Shown: piece after piece, positions 46,501 through 59,400 of the stretch
Layout: each line of letters opens with the position of its first letter
How positions within the stretch are numbered: position 1 is the first letter of the stretch
Virus record (IMG/VR): IMGVR_UViG_3300017747_003095
Length of the DNA: 64,000 nucleotides
Source of the DNA: an uncultured virus (IMG/VR IMGVR_UViG_3300017747_003095)
Lineage: Duplodnaviria > Heunggongvirae > Uroviricota > Caudoviricetes
Direction: 5' to 3' (one strand)
Program-made: the position numbers and the translations under genes
Notes under the pieces: generated by a model
The model's input: the letters and a program-made list of their open reading frames with translations, nothing else
Told to the model about the DNA's origin: nothing
Databases searched by the model: none

Positions 46501-48205
46501 ACCTACAACATCTCAGTATTCTACCACAGGGCAAGATAGATATATTTATCTAGGAGCATACCAAAGCCTAGAAACAGGATCTATCGTACCTTTGTTTGGA
46601 GGAGATACATTCACTAGCGAGGTTCGATACAGGCATCTTGTAAAAACAAAAGCATCAACTTCTGCGGTCTATACAGGCGGACTTCAGCAAGGTGTTTCAT
46701 TTGTAACTCAAACTAGAGTTAATCCATACATGGTCTATAAACAAGAGGACGTCCCTCTATGGCCTAGCGACTTTGAATCTCAAGGAGAAGCAAATCTTCT
46801 CGATGACTGGTTTAAGAACCTAGAGCTAGATCAGTATTTTTACAATAATGGATACAGCCCTCAGCTCATTGCTGGATACAGAATCGGTGCAGATCCTGAG
46901 GGATCTTCTGCAACCTTTGAAACAAGGATCATTTACTCCGACCTAAAGATTCAGGGGTCTAGGGTAAATAACTACAGGAGATTTGGGCTGTTGTCATACA
47001 CAGATCTAGATCCGTCGTTTGGAGCAATCATTGACATGAAGAACGTCAACGGTGAGCTCTTCACGCTACAGCCAAATAAATACCAAAGGCAGTTCTTCAA
47101 CACTCGCGGTACGCTGCAGCTCAGCGACTCAAGTCAAATCGTTCTAGGCGATGCTAGTGTACTATCTAGGCCAGGAGTCACTATCACTAGCTTCGGATGT
47201 TCCGACAAGTGGTCAGTAAGGAAAGGGCGAAGCCAAGGCGGGGACGATGTGCTGTACTGGTATGATAAACTCAGAAAGAAATTTATCAGGTTCGGATCTG
47301 ATGGGGCCGTTCCGCTCTCAGATCGGGCACAAATCAGAACACTAGCCTCTAACGGCTTTAAGTGGCTACTTAACAATAATACTCCAGCTCTAGACTACGG
47401 AATTCATGGGGTGTGGAACCAGCTACTTTCGGAGGTTACATGGACCTGTCGTGCACATAAAAAGCCAGACCTAGAGTGGTCGTTAGGTGCTGATATACAG
47501 CAAGGTGAGATAGTTTACTTGAGTGACGAGATTAACTTCATAAACTTTGAGCAGACTACCGTTCTTTATGTAGCCCTACAGACTCACGTAGCGACTAATG
47601 AAACCAAGCCAGGTCAAGGGGTTGATTGGCAGTCATACTTCTCAAGGCCTGATACTAGTAATCAAGATTACTATAGCATTCGAACAATCTCATTCTCTGA
47701 GCTAAAGAATAGATTCATAGCTAGAGACGAAGAGCCGCATCCTAGGATTTATCTTCAATGGAACGACACATACCTAAGCCCAAGGCCAGTTGGATCTCTG
47801 AGTAAAGTGTATGAACACAACTCTGGCTCTTATCTGAAATGGTATGAGCTTAATGGAGATTCTCAGACAGGCGAGGGTTATATCGATGTTGTTTTCAATA
47901 TCGATCCAAACACCGTTAAGAGATTCATATCAGTGATCTGTAATAGCGAGATCCAACCTACTAGAGTCGAGTTATTCACCAAGAGTCAACAGACGGTTAT
48001 CACAACTGTAGAGTTCGAGGATCAGCTAGAGCAATTTGTGGCGCCGATTCCTAACCAGCTTTTGTCCGGGCAGACTACGCTTGACAATGATTTTATGTAC
48101 GGTCAGTGGGTTAAGATCAGGTTCTTTTATAGCCCTGAGCAGTTTCAGCGACTAACAAATATTGTCCTGAAGTTTAATCCAATGGCTAGACTTTGGAACT
48201 CATAA
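43592..48205 (+). CDS. Tail stabilisation/muzzle protein (P22 gp10-/crAss-like)
   Basis: N-terminal FGGLNTD...YPDAKNI; later FGGDTF, RIIYSD, FGAI, FGCSDKWS, YWYD motifs; 1537 aa. Confidence 0.75.
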   Translation: MPSVQLRSFGGLNTDSHIQDIRNGDYPDAKNIDHVSISDGQSMAVTPRLGNEYAFDLGEVLPQNKVYVITFPTTLSGTRILQFYDSSGTAPLLDGSPNGVIVNGPSSVVAQIQNAFNANTNPPLSVIVEPASLLYPSNTNPNAFAIYADPNSQYLQYYDFILRNIGTDPIDVVTMAEAISPSRAGELEVIGSYDLLGDLFVISSPKREKPIEISIVAAQTYLSGVVYNLGVIGDVSISVYQEVFVSGVEGAPWANGIFIVSSVFVDPSTGIALIEVINPVAPPAIGVSVLNTGTFTLNPYGLGEIGVAVKDLSKDQWTYTRLLRSKELGLTIYNQCDVQGDISSGGKSIYFVDGSTPKFFTYNQKAPYVLDGAIKVLNPEFGTYSYGNIAEQTRQIQGRPSFDINFIEQPQSGGNLYSGNHRYFARGVLADGARTDWSLPSNEIPVFASNTTQAAVRIKGDIEGTQTGKVNIISISNINPDLYKFIEVACINYLQDGIDTTIYGIFAKVLTQSGVTSIQLTHTGREEGQDLIPDELSVETIIYTTAKNNEIVDNRYLLSNLSTPPQEDIEKLLSQAKYSIKKKEISRAGQYPAFTFGSYQDPANVFYNKGYMINETYRIAARVRFVNGFTSDIYKLFDVTINTDGPSSSHPGRIAGLDSYDLNTFAPFPDKNLLVPYIEISGIDIQNTLILGVPASTIIERVEFFRAEVDTKTILGWALCVPQVQCKFTNDGNDFNSTPPFWCANAGVNNVGIRMTNVLANALQPVPESSSVDGVAVLSYDFPFISGVEATVGAISAEPGSPISFPTELGIPLNLRYYDDRYTLGSPEMLDEANGYKWNDLYYGAYFMDDLISGANSEIKANDTVINFGQQDFEAQQLDATVVPKNFYRPYMFMLTSDPEQVPVSFSRLVNLDETVLFEGAYVTKAYGLFPSAATPAFANRPGYVLKTSQKLNSLTGNIDFGARLCQIKRPTTSQYSTTGQDRYIYLGAYQSLETGSIVPLFGGDTFTSEVRYRHLVKTKASTSAVYTGGLQQGVSFVTQTRVNPYMVYKQEDVPLWPSDFESQGEANLLDDWFKNLELDQYFYNNGYSPQLIAGYRIGADPEGSSATFETRIIYSDLKIQGSRVNNYRRFGLLSYTDLDPSFGAIIDMKNVNGELFTLQPNKYQRQFFNTRGTLQLSDSSQIVLGDASVLSRPGVTITSFGCSDKWSVRKGRSQGGDDVLYWYDKLRKKFIRFGSDGAVPLSDRAQIRTLASNGFKWLLNNNTPALDYGIHGVWNQLLSEVTWTCRAHKKPDLEWSLGADIQQGEIVYLSDEINFINFEQTTVLYVALQTHVATNETKPGQGVDWQSYFSRPDTSNQDYYSIRTISFSELKNRFIARDEEPHPRIYLQWNDTYLSPRPVGSLSKVYEHNSGSYLKWYELNGDSQTGEGYIDVVFNIDPNTVKRFISVICNSEIQPTRVELFTKSQQTVITTVEFEDQLEQFVAPIPNQLLSGQTTLDNDFMYGQWVKIRFFYSPEQFQRLTNIVLKFNPMARLWNS

Positions 48206-48238
48206 TTTCTATCTTTGTAACAACAAAAGAATTTAATC

Positions 48239-48856
48239 ATGGCACCATTACCTACACCTCCTCTATCAGGAGCTCTAGGCCCAATAGGGCTTGGCATCGG
48301 CTTGGCATCGGCAGGCATCGGAGCAATTTCATCATTTGCGACACAGCGAAAAGCTGAAAGGGCAATGAGTAGAATGGGTAAAAGGCCAGGCATAACAGTG
48401 CCAAAGGAAATCATGAGTGCGTACACCAATCGACTCAAGAGGTCGAAGATGTATCAAGGCTTTTCTCCAGCTGAACTAGAGCAAATGAACAGAGCCCAAG
48501 CAAGGCAGAGAGCTACAATTACTGCAGGCGCTAGGTCGCTAGGGTCATCAGCTCAAGCATTACAAGCAATGGTCGGAAGCAATGCACTAAATAACTCTGC
48601 AGAAGTAGCGATGCGAAGCGCTCAGATGAACAGGCAAGGTCAGAATTACGACCTGGCTGCGGCTGATGCATTAGCAGGGTCTATAGGTGGATTCAGAAAT
48701 CAACAGGAGTTAAGTGTACTAGGTAACTATGACAATACGATGCAGACGCTTGGCGGTGCTGTTGCTAACGAGAAGGCATATCGAAGCTCTTTAATATCGG
48801 GAATTGGCAATCTCGGATCAGTATTGGCTACCGAGCCTACGTTATGGAATGCGTAG
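48239..48856 (+). CDS. Putative ejection/internal virion protein
   Basis: Gly/Ala-rich hydrophobic N-terminus, Q/A helical body; promoter TATCTTTG 48210-48217. Confidence 0.55.
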   Translation: MAPLPTPPLSGALGPIGLGIGLASAGIGAISSFATQRKAERAMSRMGKRPGITVPKEIMSAYTNRLKRSKMYQGFSPAELEQMNRAQARQRATITAGARSLGSSAQALQAMVGSNALNNSAEVAMRSAQMNRQGQNYDLAAADALAGSIGGFRNQQELSVLGNYDNTMQTLGGAVANEKAYRSSLISGIGNLGSVLATEPTLWNA

Positions 48857-48892
48857 AAAACCTAGATATAGAAACGAAATAAAGAGCAAAAA

Positions 48893-50446
48893 ATGGCAGA
48901 ACCATCACTAGGATACGCAATAGGCCTTAACGTAAAGAGACAGGATATATTCGCTCCAGCAGCGAAGCAGCTTTCTCAAAATCTAGCAGCCTGGAAAGCA
49001 GACAAGGCCCAAGCTAAAAAAGAAAAAGAAGCCAAGGCCTCTAAGGCCATGGACGAAATGATGAAGTTTGATCCATCTACTTTTAATAGAAAGATTAGAA
49101 GCGAGGCTACCGCTGGTTTCGAGAAGTCTAAAAAAGAACTTGAGAACGCAATAGAGGCGGGCAAGAGCGAGAGAGAGCTTCTAGATATCGTTTATCAAGC
49201 TGGGAAGAATCTTGCTTCATATAAAGATCAGAGTAATAACAGGGACTTGCTAGATAAATATGTTTTAGCAAACCCAGGAAAAGCTCCGACTGTATTAACA
49301 AACTATTCTGCAAACAACAGAAGCAGACTCTCTGAAGATGAAATAGTTCTTTTGCAAGGATTTGGTGTTGGTTACGATAGAGAAACAAATATTTTAACAT
49401 CCTTTGGATATGAGCCTGTTGACGTAAGGGCGGCACTTAATCAAGCTAAACCAACAGAGGATGAGCTACTTGCGACCACAAGTCAAGATGATATACAAAA
49501 AAATATATCCATCATCAAAACTAAAGCAGGATACGATCCGATAGCATTTGCAAGACTAAAGCCACCCGAGCAGAGATATGCATTAAGCTTGGCTAATGTA
49601 ATGTACAACGAGCCAGGAGCTATTGGGTCTATATCTGAAGAGGTTTTAAGAAAGGATTATGGAGGAAACTATGACAGATATCTCGTAGCAACAAGATCCA
49701 AGCTGGATGAAATGATGAAAAATACAAAGGAAGGAGATCCTCTTCCGACGCCTTTCGATGCACAGAGAGCTATCGCTATTGATTATATGGTCAAAACCCA
49801 TGCTCCCGAATGGATACAGGCGTCTACAAAAACGATAAACTTAACCGAGCCCCCCAAAGTTACTGATCCTAAAAATAAGGGAGCACAAGGAAATCCCGCA
49901 GCTGCTACTGCTGAAGGACATCTTTCGACAGCTGGAAAAAAGCTAGCAAAAAATCTAGGCATGGATGAACAGACGGCTATAAATATTTCTTTGAATAGGG
50001 TAGAGGCAACACCTGAACAGAGAAAGATAGCCAATAAAATAACTAAAAACAATATACTTGGAGAAGGGCCAACGGTATCTTTCAATACAGGAGGCACAGA
50101 GGTAGTTACCATAGGATCTATAAATGTAAATCCAAGAAAACTCTGGTATGACACGAAGAATAAAAAGTTTCACCTCTCTTACGATAAGCAGGTCTCTGGA
50201 GAAGGGACTTCTTATAATCTAGCAGCAGAAGATAAGGTTCTTACATGGGAAGAATTAAAGCAGTTAGATAGCTCTGGTAACACTAATGTAAAAGCGCAAT
50301 TGGAGCAATGGGATCTTAACGCAGCAGCGAACAAAGTTCCTACTGTCTCTAATTATATTTTATCTAAAGGCACAGCTAGAGCAGCAGCAGCAGCGCCATC
50401 AGGATCAGGATCGGCCTCTTCATATAATTGGACTGGAGGTAAATAA
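48893..50446 (+). CDS. Putative internal virion (cargo) protein
   Basis: Helical 517-aa ORF preceding giant protein. Confidence 0.55.
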   Translation: MAEPSLGYAIGLNVKRQDIFAPAAKQLSQNLAAWKADKAQAKKEKEAKASKAMDEMMKFDPSTFNRKIRSEATAGFEKSKKELENAIEAGKSERELLDIVYQAGKNLASYKDQSNNRDLLDKYVLANPGKAPTVLTNYSANNRSRLSEDEIVLLQGFGVGYDRETNILTSFGYEPVDVRAALNQAKPTEDELLATTSQDDIQKNISIIKTKAGYDPIAFARLKPPEQRYALSLANVMYNEPGAIGSISEEVLRKDYGGNYDRYLVATRSKLDEMMKNTKEGDPLPTPFDAQRAIAIDYMVKTHAPEWIQASTKTINLTEPPKVTDPKNKGAQGNPAAATAEGHLSTAGKKLAKNLGMDEQTAINISLNRVEATPEQRKIANKITKNNILGEGPTVSFNTGGTEVVTIGSINVNPRKLWYDTKNKKFHLSYDKQVSGEGTSYNLAAEDKVLTWEELKQLDSSGNTNVKAQLEQWDLNAAANKVPTVSNYILSKGTARAAAAAPSGSGSASSYNWTGGK

Positions 50447-50455
50447 CAAATCAAC

Positions 50456-53400
50456 ATGGACGAAAGAGCAATTGACGATTTATTTAATCATGCTAGGTCT
50501 TTAGGATATAAAGACTCTAGAGGCAACTTCCTTAATCTGATTTATACAGATCAGAGGGCGTTTAATGACATGTTCTCTTACGCTAAGTCTAAGGGATTTA
50601 ATAAGAACGAGGATGATTTTTCGATTCTAATAGGAAAGAAACAAGGCTCGGGAAAAGCAGCCCCTGGAAGCGGAGCTGGGCCTTCTGGGGGATTAAGATT
50701 ACCATCGAATCTAAATAAGCAGCAGGTAAAAAGCTTTCTGGGTAGGTATGGCGCATCTTTTACAGATGATCAATACGACCAGATAGCTAGTAGGGTGAAA
50801 GGTAAGTCGATGGAAGAGGCGATGCAAATCGCTAGAGAGATCACTACTCCGACACCACAACCTGTACGGATGTCATCTCTTGATGCTGGAAGGCAAATGC
50901 TTGCATCCGCAGCAGAGCAAAGGACAGGCCTTGCTGAACAAGTACAGCAAGAAGAGCCGTCAACAAGTGGCTATCTTTCACCAGAGCAACTCCGACGCGC
51001 CGAAATGGAAGATGCTAGAATACCATCATCCACGCTGCCTACGCAAGGGCAGCTAAGGGCTGATTTCGCAACGCAATTTAGAAAAGAAGGAGAAGCAAAT
51101 GCTGCTGATCTGGTTTCTAATTGGGACTCGGAAGGAAAGAAAAAAATGCTCGCAATCTATGCCGAAGAGGCTATGGAAAACGATAGCGACGAGCTAGACT
51201 TCGGCCCTTTTGGAACCGTTAAGATGGGCGAAACGCCAGAAGAGGTTCAAAGAAACTTAGATCAGCTTATAAGCATCCCGCAACTAGGGACTCTAAAGGC
51301 CGAATATGGATTTAGTACAAAACAAATTTATGATAAACTAAAGTCTGACCTTGGCTATGAAAATGATAAGAAGTTTGAAGAAACCTTGCTTAAGTATTTT
51401 AAGTCAAACGAAGGTCTTAAATACGTAGTTGACGATAGTAAGCAAAAGCTAAGCATATATAATCAACTGTACGAAGAGGCCCTGCAAAACCCAAACACAC
51501 CCCAAGAGGATCTTGATGGCTTAAAGCAAATGATTAATAAAGAGCTCAAGATACAGGGCATGGGTGAGATTATAGATCAAGCTCAATATAATAGATTATC
51601 AATTGGTGAAAAGGCGCCAATAGCCTTGGCGTATGGAGGCAGCACACTTAGGTCACTTGCAAATTCGCTAGAGCTATCTCTTACAGAATTTACTGTTGGA
51701 GTTATGGAAGTCGTGTACGAGCCATTCCTAGCAGATGAACATCAAGGCATGGTTAGAGACCTTTTGATGTATCAACCATTGTCGGAAAAAAGAAAAGCTG
51801 CAGAAAAAACCGCAGAACTTCCCTATCAAAGCGTATCCTCTCAATCTGTTATAGATGGTCTCAATATACTTAATTTCACAACAACGGCAACGCAGGTCAC
51901 TGGCTCTATAGCTGTGACTTACGCTGGAGGATTTATGGGAGGCGCTGCTTTAGTATATGGTGACGCTGTAGATGAAGCCTTAAAAGGAGGTTATAGCCGA
52001 AACGAAGCTAAGGCTTACGGACTACTTAACGCAGGAATATCTGGATACCTTGAAAAAATAGGTCTTAAAGGCATAACAAAAACGATTACCACAGACGCTG
52101 AGAGAAGATTAGTATTATCCGCTATAAGATCGGAGTTAAAGAAGGGAACAAGCGTAGATAAAGTAGTCTCTATAGTCACAAATAAAATAGCTAATTCTAT
52201 TGGATCTCTAGTTAAAGGTGGAACTCCAGAAGGCTTTACAGAGTTCGCTCAGACAGGCCAAGAGCTTCTATTGAAAAAGGCATTCAATAGAATGGTTTTA
52301 GATGAAGGAGAGAAGGGGTTTGAAGAACCATCACTAGACGAAGCTTCCAAGATGTTAGGCGAGGCGTTTGTTGTCGGATTTTTTAGTGGAGGATCCGTCC
52401 CGTCTCTTATATCAGCATTTTCAAAAGGAAACACCAAGTATGAAGATGTAGCTAATGCCGTAGTGGCTGGCAAGAAAAAGGTGTCTGATATCGTAGAGAC
52501 AACAAAGGGTCTTATATTGTCTGGGAAGGTAAGCGCAGTTGATGGACGTGCATTTATTGAAAATCTTAAGATAGCAGAAGCAGCAAAAGCTACGCTACCA
52601 ACTTATGTGAAAGATAAGCAACAGCGCATCCGTGCCATATCACTTGTTATGGAGCGAAACAAGCTCACACAAGAAATGAATAGTGCAGATCCAGACCTTC
52701 AGGATGGGTATAAGAAAAGGCTAAATGAAATAAAGCAGGAGCTTAAATCTATCGCCGACAAGAACTGGGTAGCGCCAACTAATGCATTCACTGCGTCGAC
52801 ATCGCCGGGCTTCTCTGCCGCGATGAGCGCATTGTCACAAGAGCCAGATACCGACAAGGCTGCAAGGGTTTTCAACAAGACTCTTGGCGTAAACAACGGA
52901 CTTCTGACAAAGATAACGAAGGCGATGGAAGCTGGGACTGAGATAGCTACTCAATTATCTAAAAACGTAGCTGCAGATCTTGAGATGTTTGTTGAAAAGT
53001 TGTCTAGCATGGACAACAAGACCCCTGCAATGCAGGAGGCGATAAAGTCAGCTACAGACATCATCCAGAAGTTAAATGATTATGGCAACAAGCGAGATTC
53101 CGTGCCAAGTGAAGCAGGTGTAAGCCTGAATATGGATGAAATCATTGGAAGAATTGCCGCTGGCGCTGAAGCCGGAGACATGGACTTCATGGAAAATGTT
53201 CCAGAAGAAACATTAGATCAAGTCGCTACCACTCTTTCAGGAATAATGTCTGGTGCGGATGTGTCAGAGGAGGATGCAGGAGCTGCCGCAGATTTTCTAT
53301 ACGGCAGATATAAGCAGCTTACGGACCTAAAGGCAAAGATCAGTAAGAAAATAGAAACAGAAAAGGATGCTACCAAAAAGACTAGGCTAGAAAAATCTTT

Positions 53401-56400
53401 ATCTGCTATCAACGAGGCTCAGTCCAAGCTTGACCAGGACATAAGTGTCACTGTTAAGTACCAACAAGAGAAAGCCCTCCGTGATGAAGCTGCAGGTACA
53501 AGAAAGCAGGTGCCACTAGGAGAACCCCAAGCAGAGCGAAAGAGCGAGAAAGAAAGCGAGAAAGAGCTCCCGGGCAAGGTATCGCAAGAGTACAGTCCTG
53601 AAAACATGGACGCGATACAAGAGGAGTTCGAAGCTGAAAACGGTCGACTAGATCCGCTTATCATACGAGCAATCAACTCAGTAAACAAGCTACTTTCTAA
53701 GATAGCTCCTAACGTAAAGATATACGTACACACCTCTGTTGATGATTACGTTAAGACGCTCGCAGAAGAAGGTCTAAGACCTGCTGATGTCGCTGGGGCT
53801 TCTAGGACCTACGGTAAGGTCGTTCAGGACGAAAATAAACGTATACAGTCGCTTCATATAAACCTTCAGCTTATAAACGACTCAGCTAATGCTGAAGAAG
53901 GCGTTAGAGGCATATACCACGAGGCTACTCACGTAATACTTGATGTATTCTTTAGGGCTAATCCAAAGATGATCGCTGATATGATCGACTCTATCAAGTC
54001 GTTTGTACCTAAGGGAGTATCTGAGCAATTGGATGAGTTTCTTGAAGAGTACGTGAATGAAACTGACGAAATAAACGCCGAGGAGTACATATCCGAGTTG
54101 GTTGATATTCTCGCCAGAACAGAGAGTCAGCTTGATAAACCGACCATATCGAAGATAATCGGTGCAATAAACGACGTTATACGCCGTGCTGCACGAGCCT
54201 TAAATATACAGGACCCAGAAAGGTTCCTTATCAAGAATGATCGCACCGACTTTATTGACTTCTTAAACTCATTAGCTACCGCTACAACTAGTGGTCTTGA
54301 GTCGGATATTAAAAACAAAGAAAGACTACAGAAAAAGTATGCCGTTCAAAAGCAAACAGCAGGTAAAGTACCTGTACAGCCAAGAGCCAGAGGTGGCCAA
54401 GAGGTGGCGGAAGGAGAACCCGAAGCAGAACCTGAAAACATTGCCGAAGAAGGCGAAACCCAAGAGCGGACCAGCAAGTCAAGTAAAAAACGTAAGAAGA
54501 AAAAAGAAGTAGGAACAGAATTCTCTGATGCATCAAGTCCTCAGTTTAGTCTTAATTTGAATAAAAACCTTAGCGAGGACCAACAGAACTCCGTAGGGCA
54601 AATATTCGATCAGGTACTTAGTAATGATGATGCGACATTTAGTGAGACTGTAAATATAGATGGATCTATTGGCAAAGACGTTCCTAAGCAGAAAATAGAA
54701 ATAAGCGAATCTGACAACAGACCTGAAGCTGATTTTATGAGAAGGCTTAGGATTCCGCTTGATTTTATACTTGGGAAGTCTGTAGGATTAGGCATGTCTG
54801 ACACTCTAACTACTGGCGAAAGAAATGTAGAGGTGCTTGATCTTAAAACAAATAAGAAGAGCAAGCAAAAAGTTAGGGACGAAGGTGGAATCGGATATCC
54901 ATTTAAATCTCTTATGGACTTGCTTAATGGCAAGATCAAAAAAGGAGAAAAGATTTTCGGCTGGGCTTCGGTGAGTAAAGGCGCTGGAACAGGAATGATC
55001 ACGGCTGCAAAAAAAGCATCAAAAATATCAGGCAGGGAATTAAAGGACATATACATAAGTAATCTAGGTCTTAATAAAGAGCAAATAAGTAGACTAGAAG
55101 ATGCTATTCCAGACAATAAACAATATGGAATAGTTGCCATATATAAAATGGGTGCAGATGGTATATATAGCAATGAAGCATATTCGAGAGAGGCCTTTAG
55201 ACAGATTGAAACTCTGCTAGATCAGGATGAAAAGAATCAATTTTTTGTCCTAGCAAAGCAGCGTCTTAATGATTTAAAGTGGGAAAATAAATCAAGCTTT
55301 ATTGGTTCAATTAATGCAGCCAATTCGTTTATAGAACTTGAGAATATTCTTCATGGAAGCGAGTCTAAAATGCCATTAAAGGCTAAGGCTAGTATAATGA
55401 AGAAAGTTTTTCTGTCATCAGAAGAAACGGAATCAAAAGGTAAATCGGGCAATAAATTAGGTGAGCTATTAAAGAGTAAAGGAATTTCTATAGAAAGCGT
55501 AGCTAGAGCTATAGAAGAACCTGTTATGTCTGACCTTAGTAAGGGTCAGCCAGTGATACTTGTCGCTATAGATGGTAGTTCCAAAACAATAGAGGACAAG
55601 CTTCGGGAAAGACATAAGAACTACCCTTTTGGTGTAGAAGGATTTCCTATTGGAGTATTTGAAGAAACAACTCAAATGCATCAGTTATCAACTGTTTTAA
55701 TGGATGCGTTTGTCAAGTCATCTACAGTTATAGTTGATGAAAACGCTAAGTTTACAGACCCTGCTAAACCAGGAGCTAAAGCTGAAGAAGCACGTGTCAG
55801 TATATATCAAGATTCTGAAGGTGATTTCCGTGCCGATAAAGGAAAGGGTGGAGATAAAGAAAGAATAAAAGACAGCAATGGAGATCCTGTAAAAGCTAAA
55901 ACAAAGGATCTATTATTAAGCAAACTCAAGAAGCTAGGGTACGTCATTAGTAAAAGCATAGCCCAGACAAGATATACTCAGGTTATTAATGGAAGTACAT
56001 TTGGGGATGTAATGCAAAAGCTTAAGATTGGATTTACATCAATACTAGAAAGTCCACAATTAACAGCTCAGCAGAAACTAGTAAAATATTTACAGTTAGC
56101 ATTCCCTGGTATTGTTGTAGAAATGGACTCAGTAGAGTACGATAAAATACAGCAAGGCTTCGTAGATCAAAAGCTAATAAATAAAGACGGTAAGGTATAT
56201 GGATTTGTAAAAGAAGGACGGGTGTATCTTAACCCTACTTACTTAAATAACAATACGCCAATACATGAATTTGGTCACGTATGGAATTTCGTGGCTAAGA
56301 ATTTCAGACCAGAAATATATTCAAAAGGTGTTAGTCTAGTAGAGGGAAGTGAATATCAAGATTCTGTACTTCAAGATGTTAAGTATAGAAAATTGATAGA

Positions 56401-59400
56401 AGCAGAATTTGGAAGAAAGGCTCTCATTAAAGACAAGAAAACAGGTAAGTATGTTATAAATAAGCAATTTGACAGGGCTAATGAAGTTGCTGATTCAGTT
56501 GCTGACGAAGCCTTGGCTAAGGCGATAGGCGATAAAGGAGAGTTGTTTGTTAACGAAGCACAAAAGCGCGATTTTAAAGACTGGCTTAATACGCTATACA
56601 AGGCAATAAAGAAGGTTATCGGATTTGGAGACATGACCGAGGACCAGTTCCAGAATTTAACATTAGATCAATTCGTTGACTCGGCTCTTAAAGAGATTCT
56701 AGGTGGCCAGGAAATAACCAAGGTAACTAGTAGTGAATTGGCTTCTGTGGGAAAAACTTCAGCGAAGTTCCTGATTGCCGGGGAGAATGCTAATCTAGAG
56801 CAGAATGTATTAGGCAATTTGCGTGTTGCTAACGAAATGGAGGCAAGCAATCAAGACGCTAAAACCATTCGCCTTGCAACGGGATGGGAAAGAGGTGCTG
56901 ATGATAAATGGAGATACGAGGTTCAAGACAATATTCCTTTCTTAAAGGATACTGTTAAGCAGATGAAAGAGTTTTTATCTGAAAATGATGCTCAAAATAC
57001 AAGCCAGAAGGCAAATTATTTTCTTCCAAAAGAGCTGTTAAAGCTTTATCCTGAATTGAATGATGTGACCATAGTCTTCAACGATAAATTCAATGACGAT
57101 GAAGCTTCATACAATCCACGCACCAAAACTATTGAAGTAAACGTAGGCGTATATCCTAAGAATACAGTATCTGCATTGCTGCACGAGATACAGCATGTAA
57201 TACAAGATATAGAGGGCTTCGCTAAGGGAGGTAATGTTGAGGAATTTTCTGACTTTAGAAACGAGCAAATTATTAATCAAGTTTCGTTTGAAAAAGAACA
57301 GCTAGAGAGGCAATATAAAAAACAGCCTTTATCAAGAGATATTATACTAGAGTTTGATAACTACATAAATCAGAAAGATGGTATTACTAAAATGTATAAT
57401 GAATTAAGTGATAAATACGACATTTCAGTAAAGTCAGTAAGAGATGCCGCTAATTACCTATATGAATTGATAGGAGATGATCCTACGATGGATAATTATG
57501 TTAACAAGATTGCCTTTTTTAATGACGTAATATCTAGTAAAAACCCATTTAGGCAATATGAGAAATTAGCTGGAGAGGTAGAAGCTCGGAATGTACAGGC
57601 TCGTATGGAGATGACTCCCGAGCAACGTAGGGCAACTACTCTGCAGGAAACCGAAAGCGTACCAAGAGAAGAACAAACAGTAAGGGGTGTACTAACCTCA
57701 AAGTCATCGAAGGTAAGTTCTGCATTGGCAAATGTTAAGAATACGGCTAAGGCCCTGGAGGGGAAAAATACATTCGACCAGCAAGATGAAAAAGCAGAAG
57801 TTATAGTTGGTAAAGAAAAAGACAGATGGGGTCGTTCTCAAGTTTGGAGAGAAAGAATAGAAAACGCAGGAGATATACTTAGGGAATTGTCAGGTAGAGG
57901 CAACAATCCTGATGTTAAATATTTACAAGAAAAAATAAATAAGATAAAGAATTGGATTTTAGATGGAAGCGGATTTAGCGAACTACCAAAAAGCATTAAA
58001 ACCTTAAAGGATGTTGATGAATCAAATGTTAGATTTTCTTCCGCTGTTGATGGGAAGAAATATTTAGATAAGTTTCATAATGATGTCTTACAAGAAACTA
58101 TTGACGCTTATAAAGGTATTGTTGTAAAAACAGAAGAAGAGCAAGTTGTAAAAGATTTTATATTAACCTTACTACAAGGAGATAAATCATCTATATCTTC
58201 TAGCTTAAAAGAAGTTGAGGATATTGTTGGTAGAATAAAAAAACAAGGGGAATTAAAATCAACTCCATTAAATGTTTCTGAAGCCTATCACGAAGCCAAG
58301 GCGGACGGAAGTAACCCTGAGTTAGTTGAAGCGGTAGAGGCGTTGCTTGGGGATCAGGAAGTAAAACCTGAATTAACCTCAAAATCTTCGAAGGCAAGTT
58401 CTGGACTAACATCAAAGTCATCAAAGTCCAAAGGCCCGCTAGGCTACGATCCGAACCAAGCGGCCGACAGAGGCACTAAACAAGATCGTGACCTACAGCA
58501 GAATATCTACGACTTGGCTCTTAGTATATGGGACTCGACAAAGGATCTCATGGATATGACTGCTGATATCTACGTAGCAGTTAGCGACGAGTTAGACACG
58601 CCTCTTAATGCTGTGCACATAGCCGAGTTGATAAAAGACCTTCGCATTGGCAACAGACCGGAATATACTAAAACACCAGAAGGCAAGTACAAGCGCAACA
58701 AAACGAAGCTAAATGTCAGCTCTGTAATGGACAGCGCTCTTGTGGCATTGAGCGGCCTTGTTACAAACAGAAGAGTGGATAAGGGTATTATCGCTAGTCT
58801 TATAAACTCCCTTAAAGGTGGACCTCAATATACCGTGGAAAATCAGATAGATGTAGATGCTATAGCCGATACTCTTTTTGACATATTCGGTGACTCTGCT
58901 AATATTGCGACCTTACAGGAGCTTTACAAAATCGCAGAACTGGCTAAGGGTGGTTTGAGAACTACGATGTTTGCCAGAATCGCTAATAATTCATGGAACA
59001 AAGCAAGAGAGTCTAAGGATCAACAGGAGAAGCTGGCGTATAGAGATCTTGGGAATATGGCCTTGAATCAATTAGCTCAAGAAGCTACTGAGTCAGGAAG
59101 GTTTAATGCTATGATCTACAGGATCCAGAAGCTCAACCCAGAATTCCTTGCCTCTTTCGAGAAGTCAAGGGTTAGGCGAGAGACTGAATCGCAAATGAGA
59201 GGGGCGGGCCAGAAGAAGTCAGATGTGGATTCTGTCACAACAGAACTCAACACGGCTCAGGAGCAGGCAGCTGAACAGGCTGTTAACTCACCGTCTGTAC
59301 AAGCGGCTATCAATACCGCTACTGGCGTCCCTCCGGGACCTAGTACACCTCCTCCTGCGCCAAAACCAAAACCAGCCGGACCAAAACCAGGCGGACCAAA

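Noticed and set aside
53082..53123. Second possible nested ORF (MATSEIPCQVKQV) in the giant gene
   Set aside because: Only 13 codons, no supporting evidence
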